Positions 28,524-36,529 of a stretch of 64,000 nt of DNA are shown piece after piece. Location: assembly GCA_050251875.1 (NCBI GenBank), contig JBFWMA010000007.1, positions 32,001 through 96,000 of the forward strand, read 5' to 3'. A program made the position numbers and the translations under genes. The stretch comes from Deferribacterales bacterium. Lineage in GTDB: Bacteria; Chrysiogenota; Deferribacteres; Deferribacterales; Geovibrionaceae. The number at the start of each line of letters is the position of its first letter. Within the stretch, counting starts at the first letter, position 1. The notes under the pieces were generated by a model. The model saw only the letters and a program-made list of their open reading frames with translations. It was not told the DNA's origin and searched no databases.

Positions 28524-30650
28524 ATGAATAAAAAAGGCTTTACCCTTATAGAAGTTATCATTGTTCTGTTTATTGTCGGTTTTTTAACCGCCGCCTCTAT
28601 CAAAGCGATCCAGACCACTGTGAGCTCTTCCAAAATCAGCTCGTCCACAGACAAAGTCTCCGCTCTGGTCAGAGAGGTGGGGGAATATTCCGCCAGAGCC
28701 AAAAGGCTTCCGAATACCTCAGCCAACTTTCAGATAACAACAGGAAACGAAATATATTCCGCAGTAACATCCCGGACTGATTCCTTCGGAAAACCGATGC
28801 TCTATATTCCGGATAATGATCTGACCGAAGTGGACGAAAACGGACGCCCGAAAGATATATGCGCCATTAACTCCACAACCATGTCGGTTCAGATATGTTC
28901 ATCATCCGCATGCACCACGCCGGACAAAACAATTTCAAACGTGGCGTTCGCCGCCGTCAGCGGCGGAAGCAACCAGAACGTGCAGATAACATATGACACC
29001 AATTCCCGCACTCTGAAAACATATCTGGACACCATATCCGTGGACGGATACACCGCAGATCAATCGAAGACGGAAACCTATGACGATATTGCAAAATGGA
29101 TGACTCTGGACGAGCTGAAAAAAGCCGCCGGATGCGATGGAGCGGCTCTTGAGATCATACAGAAGGATGTTCCGCCTCTGGCTCACAGAAACGACTACAG
29201 CTATACACTGACGCTGAAGGGCGGTGTCGGACCATATCAATGGTGCGCGGAATCAGACAGCTCAGACGTTAGATCTCTTTTGAACTACAAAATCTCCGGC
29301 GGATCCAACAAAAGCCTGAACAGCATCTCCGCATGCGGAGAGAGCGACTATGTGACCGGAGATTCCCTGATAATCAACACTTCCTCAGCACCCGTAATCA
29401 GCGATGACGCTCCGGCATCCGCAAAAGTGAAAGTATATGTGAAAGACTCGAACGGAGTAAAAGCGGAGAAGCAGTATTCGCTTTCTATCCTGAAATCATA
29501 TAATCTGGCGCTGGCGGCTAAAGACGCCTCATCCGGAGGGAACGCCGACAGAGAGATCGAGGGATTCAGTCAGTTCCATTCCTTTGTAAAGGATTATCCG
29601 GAGTTCAAAAGCGTTATAGACATGACAGACGACAAAATCGCTTTTCATAAATCGCCGCTGGTGCTTCTCAGCCATAAATACGGATGCACCGGGCTCTGCT
29701 GGATGACATCCGTATCAGCCTTTTTTTCGTGCAACATCCCCACGGCAGATACGAACAGATGCCTTTCCTTCACCAAAGGAAAGCTGGCAGCATTCTTCAA
29801 GCTCACTCCGAAATTCGAAGACCTTTTTGCCATGCCATACGGCTTTACTTTCACCATCATAAAGAGCTACAGATATTCCGGAGACACCATGGTGTCCACT
29901 CTGAACGATGTCGGCGCCGGATTCGAGGGGCTGGGATATTCTGACTATGAGGTATCAGGCATACTTGGTCTGTTCAACGACTCGGCTTCCCTTTACGGCG
30001 ATAACTTCGCCCTGGAATTCGACATGCCGTTCAATTACGGTCTGCTGTATCCCAACGCCAAATCCGACCCGTCAGACACATCGCACATGGCGCTGGTCTC
30101 TCACAAAAACGGGTCTTCCTACAATACCCATAACTCGCTTTACAATGACTCATGCACAAAAAACACGAACACAAACGGATGCTATAAAAGCACCGGAGAA
30201 TATACCGGTTCAGGATTCAACAGAACAGAAGTGCCTGTCATTATAGAAAAAACGCCTTTCTATGTGCGGATGGAGGCTGTCTCCGGATGCAACGCCTCAG
30301 GAACGGTATGTGACGGCACAACAACGATAGCGACAGACCCCCACGACTATGTCTGCGCATACGCCTGGCAGATAGACGAGGACGACTACAACGGATATAC
30401 CGCCGATGCCTCCGGGGTTAAAAAGATAAACGATGTAAAATCATTCTATATGTTTGATAAAATAACCAAAGGAACCGCTCTGCCGTCCGATGTCGGCACA
30501 CCTATACTCAAAAACTGCTACAGAGACAACATCGCCGGAAGGACTCTGGACAGTGTCCGCTACGGGTTCACCATCGGTACCAGAACGATCCTCAGCGGTC
30601 AGTTCGATATCAGCTTCACCAATTTTAAACTGAATATTCAGGACTATTAA
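28524..30650 (+). CDS. Large pilin-like protein with an Ig-like segment and a probable C-terminal L-type lectin-like domain
   Basis: MNKKG|FTLIEVIIVL; 'LKGGVGPYQW'; 'YGFTFTII', 'FALEFD', 'HMALV' resemble legume-lectin motifs. Confidence 0.8.
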   Translation: MNKKGFTLIEVIIVLFIVGFLTAASIKAIQTTVSSSKISSSTDKVSALVREVGEYSARAKRLPNTSANFQITTGNEIYSAVTSRTDSFGKPMLYIPDNDLTEVDENGRPKDICAINSTTMSVQICSSSACTTPDKTISNVAFAAVSGGSNQNVQITYDTNSRTLKTYLDTISVDGYTADQSKTETYDDIAKWMTLDELKKAAGCDGAALEIIQKDVPPLAHRNDYSYTLTLKGGVGPYQWCAESDSSDVRSLLNYKISGGSNKSLNSISACGESDYVTGDSLIINTSSAPVISDDAPASAKVKVYVKDSNGVKAEKQYSLSILKSYNLALAAKDASSGGNADREIEGFSQFHSFVKDYPEFKSVIDMTDDKIAFHKSPLVLLSHKYGCTGLCWMTSVSAFFSCNIPTADTNRCLSFTKGKLAAFFKLTPKFEDLFAMPYGFTFTIIKSYRYSGDTMVSTLNDVGAGFEGLGYSDYEVSGILGLFNDSASLYGDNFALEFDMPFNYGLLYPNAKSDPSDTSHMALVSHKNGSSYNTHNSLYNDSCTKNTNTNGCYKSTGEYTGSGFNRTEVPVIIEKTPFYVRMEAVSGCNASGTVCDGTTTIATDPHDYVCAYAWQIDEDDYNGYTADASGVKKINDVKSFYMFDKITKGTALPSDVGTPILKNCYRDNIAGRTLDSVRYGFTIGTRTILSGQFDISFTNFKLNIQDY

Positions 30651-30680
30651 AAAAGGCGGTCAAACGACCGCCTTATTTTT
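30649..30680. terminator. Bidirectional terminator
   Basis: A-run-AAGGCGGTC-AAAC-GACCGCCTT-ATTTTT between convergent genes. Confidence 0.8.
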
Positions 30681-31516
30681 TATATTTCTTCTTCCGGAGC
30701 CTCTTCAGTCTCCTCTTTTTTCACCGTTTCCCTGACGGGCATGGGTTCCACCTTTCTCGCCTTCACCAGAAAGGCGCTGTGGTTATATGTCCACATCTCA
30801 GGACGCACGGAACGTCCGTCTATCTTCCAGGGGCGCTTTGTGATCTCGAAAGTTTCCAGCTCCTCAAAGATTCCGCTGGCTTTCAGAGTCTCCACCAGTG
30901 TCACCGCCTGAAGTATCGTGGGCAGATAGCACACCATGATGCCTCCGTTTGTGAGCCCCTCTTTGCAGTGTTTCACCACATGCCAGGGTTCGGGCAGATC
31001 GAGCACTATTCTGTCGAATACGCCGTCAAATCCCTCATATACGTTGCCTATGATTATGCTGTGGTTGGGAGCCTCACCGTAAAATTCGTGGATAAAATGA
31101 GCGGCGTCAGAGGCGAAATCCTCTCTGATCTCACAGCTCACCAGCTCGCCTTTTCCGCCCAGTGTGTTCAGGATGGCTATAGACATGGCGCCCTGACCGA
31201 TGCCGGACTCCAGAACACGCTGACCGCCTCTGATGTCGCAGGACATGAGTATTGCGGCGCTGTCCTTGGGATATATTATCTGCGCTCTTCTTTTGATGTG
31301 CATGATGTAGTCGGAGTAAGTGGGATAAAACACCCTGTAGGCGACACCCTTCTGTGTGTACGCCACTCCGCCGTCTCCCGCCTCGGCTATGGCTTCGTGC
31401 TCTATGAAGCCGTACTGTGTGGAAAACCTGACGCCCTCTTTGAGCCTGATCAGGTGTTTTTTGCCCTTCATCTCGTCTATCATGAATGCCAGAGAGCCCA
31501 TTTTCAGCTTACTCAT
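30680..31516 (-). CDS. trmI: tRNA (adenine58-N1) methyltransferase
   Basis: 'KRRAQIIYPKD', 'VLESGIGQGAMS', 'EIREDF', 'LDLPEPW', 'VRP...HSAFL'. Confidence 0.9.
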   Translation of the reverse strand: MSKLKMGSLAFMIDEMKGKKHLIRLKEGVRFSTQYGFIEHEAIAEAGDGGVAYTQKGVAYRVFYPTYSDYIMHIKRRAQIIYPKDSAAILMSCDIRGGQRVLESGIGQGAMSIAILNTLGGKGELVSCEIREDFASDAAHFIHEFYGEAPNHSIIIGNVYEGFDGVFDRIVLDLPEPWHVVKHCKEGLTNGGIMVCYLPTILQAVTLVETLKASGIFEELETFEITKRPWKIDGRSVRPEMWTYNHSAFLVKARKVEPMPVRETVKKEETEEAPEEEI

Positions 31517-32409
31517 TCTGCTTTCTCCATTAATCTGCAAAAGGAGCAGACATCAAGATATGAGTCCATTCCGCATTTCAGACATTTTTTTAGTTTATCT
31601 TTGTTCTCTTTTTTGATCTCGAATTTATCAGCCGCCAGATTAAAATATTCCAGATAAAAAAAATGTTTTGTACCCGGCATTTTTGATTCCAGCTCGTTCA
31701 GCACTTTTTTATATTCCAGAGACGAAGCGCCCTTAGACATGGGACATTCATCGGGGATATAGTCTATCCCGTGCAGAAAGGCGTATGCCGCCACTTCTTT
31801 CTCCGTAAGCCTCATCAGAGGCTTTACTTTGCGTTTCATGGTCTCGCTGTCTTCCGGCAGATTGGGGCTCATCTTACCCAGATGCGTCGTGTCCCATCGA
31901 AGAACGTTTCCGAACAGTCTCGCCGCCTCATCGTCCAGATTATGCCCTGTGGCGACCACTGTAAAACCTTCGTCATATGCTACTTTATTAAAATAATGTC
32001 TCTTCACCTGACCGCACACGGAGCATGCGTTGCGCCTTGTTCTGGCTGCCAGCATCTGGATGGGATGCCCTTTCTCTTCCAGATCCACGATAATAGCTTT
32101 GAGCCCGTGTTTTTCGGCGAACTTTTCGACTTTTACCCTGGATTTTTTGGAATATTCCCCTATTCCCAGACTGACATACATTCCTGTGGTGTCCAATCCA
32201 TAGCTGTGCAGTATGTGCCACAGAACCAGAGAGTCTTTTCCGCCGGAGACGCAGACCATCACCTTGTCGCCTTTCAGAAACATTTTGTGGTCTTTCGCCG
32301 CCTTATTTATCTGTTTATGAAAATATTCCGTGAAGTGCTCTTTGCAGAACCCCGCATTGTGCCTGTTAAGGCTGATAACGGCGTTTTCGGAGCATTTGAT
32401 ACATTTCAT
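31513..32409 (-). CDS. ttuA: tRNA 2-thiolation protein, TtuA/Ncs6 type
   Basis: Zn fingers 'CIKC...CKEH' and 'CLKC...CSFC'; PP-loop 'SGGKDS'; 'CSVCG', 'TGHNLDDEA', 'ECP'. Confidence 0.88.
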   Translation of the reverse strand: MKCIKCSENAVISLNRHNAGFCKEHFTEYFHKQINKAAKDHKMFLKGDKVMVCVSGGKDSLVLWHILHSYGLDTTGMYVSLGIGEYSKKSRVKVEKFAEKHGLKAIIVDLEEKGHPIQMLAARTRRNACSVCGQVKRHYFNKVAYDEGFTVVATGHNLDDEAARLFGNVLRWDTTHLGKMSPNLPEDSETMKRKVKPLMRLTEKEVAAYAFLHGIDYIPDECPMSKGASSLEYKKVLNELESKMPGTKHFFYLEYFNLAADKFEIKKENKDKLKKCLKCGMDSYLDVCSFCRLMEKAE

Positions 32410-32597
32410 CCGCCGCTCACCACAGAGATGAGCTTTATCACCGTGCCGTTCTTCACCCCGGCGTCAGGGGTCACCAGACAGCCGTCAACAACGGTCAGAA
32501 CGGCGTTGTCGTTCTGTCCTATATCTTTCAGAATATCTTTTATTCTGTTTTTATCAGACTGTCTGAGGGTGCCGTCAGGCATCTCTATTGTTACCAT
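32406..32597 (-). CDS. ttuB: Ubiquitin-like sulfur carrier (TtuB/ThiS/MoaD)
   Basis: 63 aa ending VVSGG; ATGA overlap with ttuA. Confidence 0.85.
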   Translation of the reverse strand: MVTIEMPDGTLRQSDKNRIKDILKDIGQNDNAVLTVVDGCLVTPDAGVKNGTVIKLISVVSGG

Positions 32598-32661
32598 CTT
32601 TCCTCTGCCGCCGTAAGTTTGAATCGGCAAGTTAGATTAGATGAGCGGTTTTGTCAATCTA

Positions 32662-33444
32662 TTACACATAAGACAGTCTGCGTATCTGCTCTCTGAACCT
32701 CTCTTTGTTCACCACGGCAGTCACGATTCCGGGTTCCGTTCCGTCTGTTTTCACAGTCACCAGCCCGCCGTCATCGTCCGTCTCATCGCCGATATTCTGG
32801 TTATCCACCTCAACCTCTATAATATGCGTCTCCGGCGGCAGAATCAGCTTTTCCACGGCTCTCAGCGCCTTGAAGTTATACAGAGCCTCGATAATTTTAT
32901 AAGTTTCCAGACCGGACAGCTCATCAATTTCGGACAAAATCAGCTTTATTTCCTGAATATTGTCATTTCCGGTGAATTTTGAAATAATATAGTGTCCCAC
33001 AACCAGCATCACCCTCGCCTGATAATGCATGGAAACTGTGATATTAAGGTCGTTTATCCGCTCGGCATAGTTTGTAAGAACTCTGTATGTCAGCTCGTGT
33101 GTGCTGAAAAGCCCTCTGATGAACATCTGATTAGGACATTCCAGCACGAAGAGAATGTCGGAATGAGCCTTGACAGTGGCTGAACGCTGATTGTTCAGAA
33201 AAGCGCCCATCTCGCCCACGATAGAGCCGGACGAGAGAACCGCCAGCTTGTTTTCGTTGCCGAATTTATCAATCCTGACAACCTCCGCCTCGCCTGTCAG
33301 CACAATGTAGACATGGCTGGAATAGTCGCCCTGCTTCACCACCACATCGCCTTTTACAAATTTTTTCGGTTTTCCGTACTGTTTGAAAAGTGTCGTAATC
33401 TCTTCATTCACCCGCAGAGAGAACCCGGCTTTCTTCTTTTCCAT
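32662..33444 (-). CDS. Cyclic-nucleotide-binding domain protein (Crp/Fnr-like)
   Basis: 'KGDVVVKQGD...YIVLTG...GSIVGEM...RSATVKA'; ATG at 33444 with GAGG RBS. Confidence 0.85.
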   Translation of the reverse strand: MEKKKAGFSLRVNEEITTLFKQYGKPKKFVKGDVVVKQGDYSSHVYIVLTGEAEVVRIDKFGNENKLAVLSSGSIVGEMGAFLNNQRSATVKAHSDILFVLECPNQMFIRGLFSTHELTYRVLTNYAERINDLNITVSMHYQARVMLVVGHYIISKFTGNDNIQEIKLILSEIDELSGLETYKIIEALYNFKALRAVEKLILPPETHIIEVEVDNQNIGDETDDDGGLVTVKTDGTEPGIVTAVVNKERFREQIRRLSYV

Positions 33445-33528
33445 ACAGACCTCATGAGATTTATAAGGAATCTTATCCTTATTCCGTGAATTGTTAAAGC
33501 TAAATACTCTTTTCTCTGTCAAAACAGC

Positions 33529-33543
33529 GCAAATATCATGCCT
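33529..33543 (-). promoter_or_regulatory. Possible sigma54 promoter of the cNMP-binding gene
   Basis: Minus strand AGGCAT-GATAT-TTGC (GG-N10-GC). Confidence 0.45.
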
Positions 33544-33732
33544 GATTCACTTTTTTTAAAAAAAATTTTATCGTTTTCACAGGTAAACACCTAACAATGT
33601 TATGTATCATAAACAGTGTTTTTGCCTTTATTATCAGGAAGATTACTATGCAAATATTTTTATGTCATAGATATTTCAGATATGTCATAATTTTATTAGC
33701 CTTTTATCAGAACTAACCTAATTATACAATTA

Positions 33733-33761
33733 TTGACAATTGTTTTTAGTTACTTTATAAG
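33733..33761 (+). promoter_or_regulatory. Sigma70 promoter of the glutamate synthase operon
   Basis: TTGACA-17 bp-TATAAG. Confidence 0.7.
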
Positions 33762-33781
33762 GTTGATAACGGAGGTAGAGT

Positions 33782-34888
33782 ATGTGCAGAATAGGAGCGA
33801 TCAAATCCAAGAATTACATACATCCCTCAAAAGCCTTGATGCTAATGAGGTCCCAGCAAAAAGGTCACGATAATTCGGGCTTTGCTATGGTAATGCAGGA
33901 TTTAGGGGGAAGGTTCGAAAATTACAAAGAACTTCCCATTCTTTCAATGGCATGCACTGACGAGGGAGTCAAGATTGCCGAGGATGTGCTTCATCAGGCG
34001 GGATTCAGCCGGGTGATGCAGTGGAGTCCGGAGATCAACGATCAGCCCGGGCTGAAGATTGAGCCGATGCCTAATTATGTCTTTCAGGTACTACATTATC
34101 CCAAAAGCTATAAATACGCACCGGACACAGAGAAACAAGAGCTTCTGGTAGACATGCGTCTGAAGCTCCGCAAGGCTCTGGCGGAAACCAATGACGGATA
34201 CGTCTATTCATTCTGGCCGGATGTGCTCACTCTGAAAGAGATAGGCGATCCTACAGACATCGGAACATATTTCGACATATGGGACGAAGACGAGGATTTC
34301 ACAGCGAAGATAATAACCGCTCAATGCCGCCAGAACACCAACTACGACATTGTGCGCTATGCCGCTCACCCGTTCTTTCTTCAGGGATACACAGCGCTGG
34401 CAAACGGCGAAAACACTTTCTACGAAAAAAACAGAAACTTTCAGAAAAACCTTTATAAAGGCTACATAGGCTTCGAGTCGGATTCACAGTGCTTTCTGTA
34501 TACTCTGCACTACATTCACAAGATTCTGAAGTGGCCTCTGCAGTATTACAAGCACACCATCACTCCCCTGCCCTTCGATGAGGCGGAGAAGAGAGAGGAT
34601 CACGCTATACTTCAGAACATCAGAGCGGTTCTCAGCAACCTGGAGCTGAACGGTCCGAACACCATCATCGCTGTTCTGCCGGACGGAACCATGTTCAACA
34701 CCTGCGACGCTAAAAAACTCCGTCCCGTTGTCATCGGACGCACAGCGGATACAGCCGTCATATCCTCAGAGGTGACAGGACTCAACGAGATCCTGCCCGA
34801 GCGTGACTGGACACAGGACATATACACAAACGAAAGAGAAATGGTGGTTATTAACAACAATCTGGAGGTTGAAAGATGGCAACAATGA
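33782..34888 (+). CDS. Glutamate synthase, class II glutamine amidotransferase subunit (GltB1-like)
   Basis: N-terminal MC (Cys2 nucleophile), 'RQNTN', 'AHPF', 'NGE', 'SDSQ', 'KLRP'. Confidence 0.88.
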   Translation: MCRIGAIKSKNYIHPSKALMLMRSQQKGHDNSGFAMVMQDLGGRFENYKELPILSMACTDEGVKIAEDVLHQAGFSRVMQWSPEINDQPGLKIEPMPNYVFQVLHYPKSYKYAPDTEKQELLVDMRLKLRKALAETNDGYVYSFWPDVLTLKEIGDPTDIGTYFDIWDEDEDFTAKIITAQCRQNTNYDIVRYAAHPFFLQGYTALANGENTFYEKNRNFQKNLYKGYIGFESDSQCFLYTLHYIHKILKWPLQYYKHTITPLPFDEAEKREDHAILQNIRAVLSNLELNGPNTIIAVLPDGTMFNTCDAKKLRPVVIGRTADTAVISSEVTGLNEILPERDWTQDIYTNEREMVVINNNLEVERWQQ

Positions 34889-36516
34889 AAGTAAACCAGA
34901 TATCCAGAGACGATCTGGACTGGCAGATCGTATATAATACCGACCGCTGCACATTCTGCGGAAAATGCGTTGCGGCCTGCCCCTTCAAGGCTATCGAAGC
35001 CGGCGTTGAAAAACGCAGAAAGGTCATCAGCGACCATTTTACACCCGAACCTAAGGTGCAGTTCAAGACTGTCCCTGTTATAAAACAGGTAGTCAGCGAG
35101 CATAACTTCTGCCGTGGATGCGGAATCTGCGAAAGAGTATGCCCCAACACTGCCATTAAGCCCGAGCGTAACCCCGACTCCAGATTCGGAATAAAATACC
35201 GCTCCACACTCGCTGATCCTTATAAAAGAGGCGGACGTTCCAACCTCGCCACAGAAAAACGCACACTGGACAAGATAAAAGTGGGACGCATCTCTCAGAT
35301 GACAGACCCCTCACTGGACGCTTCCAGACACACATTCGACATGCTGGCTCCTTTCGGGCGCATCCTGCCCGCAAACGAGATGCCCTTCGAGATAGTGGAC
35401 GGGAAGCTCGTGATGAACAAAACAACCCCGAAGGTGAACTGGATTTACCCCATCATCATCGGCGACATGTCCATCGGCGCTCTGTCATGGCGTATGTGGG
35501 AGGCGATGGCTATCGCCACAGCATATCTGAACGAAGAGGTGGGACTGCCCATCCGCATGTGTTCAGGAGAAGGCGGCGTTCCCGTAAAACTGCTGAAATC
35601 AAAATATCTGAAATATATGATACTCCAGATCGCTTCCGGTCACTTCGGCTGGAACAGGATCATCAACTCCATGCCCGACATGCAGGAGCTTCCGGCGGGT
35701 ATCCTTATCAAAATAGGTCAGGGAGCAAAACCCGGAGATGGCGGTCTGCTCATGGCTAAAAAAGTCGCTTCGCACATCTCTGAAATCAGAGGCGTTCCGA
35801 AGGCAGACCTGCTCAGCCCCCCCAACCACCAGGGGCTTTACTCCATCGAAGAGAGCGTTCAGAAGATGTTTCTGTCTCTGAACTCAGCGTTTAAATTTCA
35901 GGTGCCTGTGGCTATCAAAGTAGCCGCCAGCGCCACATCAGTATCAGTATACAACAACCTTCTGCGTGACCCTTACAACATAGTGGGCGGTTTCTTCGTG
36001 GACGGTCTGGCTGGCGGAACAGGCGCCGCCAACGAAATATCTCTGGACCACACAGGTCACCCCATAGTGTCCAAGCTGAGAGACTGCTACAACGCGGCCG
36101 TTCATCAGGGCAAGCAGGGTCAGATACCCCTCTGGGCAGCCGGCGGTCTGGGAGCCAACTGGAACCTCGCGGCGGACGCGTTCAAAATGATGGCGCTGGG
36201 CGCTAACGGCGTCTTCACCGGAAAGCTGATGCTCCAGCTGGCAGGATGCGTGGGCAACGACCACGGCAAGTGCAACGCATGCAACACAGGTCTCTGTCCT
36301 GTGGGCATATGCACACAAAACCCCTCACTGGTTAAACGTCTGGATATAGACAAAACAGCCGAGCAGATAGTGAACTATTTCATCGCCACAGACAACGAGC
36401 TGAAAAAAATGCTCGCCCCCATAGGCAACAGTTCTCTTCCCATCGGACGTTCAGACTGCCTCATTTCTGTTGATAAGAATGTGGCTGACAGACTTAACAT
36501 CCAATACTCATGTTAA
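34876..36516 (+). CDS. Glutamate synthase FMN subunit with N-terminal 2x4Fe-4S (GltB2-like)
   Basis: 'CTFCGKCVAAC', 'CRGCGICERVC', 'MSIGALS', 'SGEGG', 'IKIGQGAKPGDGG', 'CNTGLCPVGICTQ'. Confidence 0.92.
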   Translation: MATMKVNQISRDDLDWQIVYNTDRCTFCGKCVAACPFKAIEAGVEKRRKVISDHFTPEPKVQFKTVPVIKQVVSEHNFCRGCGICERVCPNTAIKPERNPDSRFGIKYRSTLADPYKRGGRSNLATEKRTLDKIKVGRISQMTDPSLDASRHTFDMLAPFGRILPANEMPFEIVDGKLVMNKTTPKVNWIYPIIIGDMSIGALSWRMWEAMAIATAYLNEEVGLPIRMCSGEGGVPVKLLKSKYLKYMILQIASGHFGWNRIINSMPDMQELPAGILIKIGQGAKPGDGGLLMAKKVASHISEIRGVPKADLLSPPNHQGLYSIEESVQKMFLSLNSAFKFQVPVAIKVAASATSVSVYNNLLRDPYNIVGGFFVDGLAGGTGAANEISLDHTGHPIVSKLRDCYNAAVHQGKQGQIPLWAAGGLGANWNLAADAFKMMALGANGVFTGKLMLQLAGCVGNDHGKCNACNTGLCPVGICTQNPSLVKRLDIDKTAEQIVNYFIATDNELKKMLAPIGNSSLPIGRSDCLISVDKNVADRLNIQYSC

Positions 36517-36529
36517 GGGGGGAGATGAA

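Noticed and set aside
30779..32616. Long plus-strand ORFs of 292 and 281 aa
   Set aside because: Antisense shadows of trmI, ttuA and ttuB; no motifs
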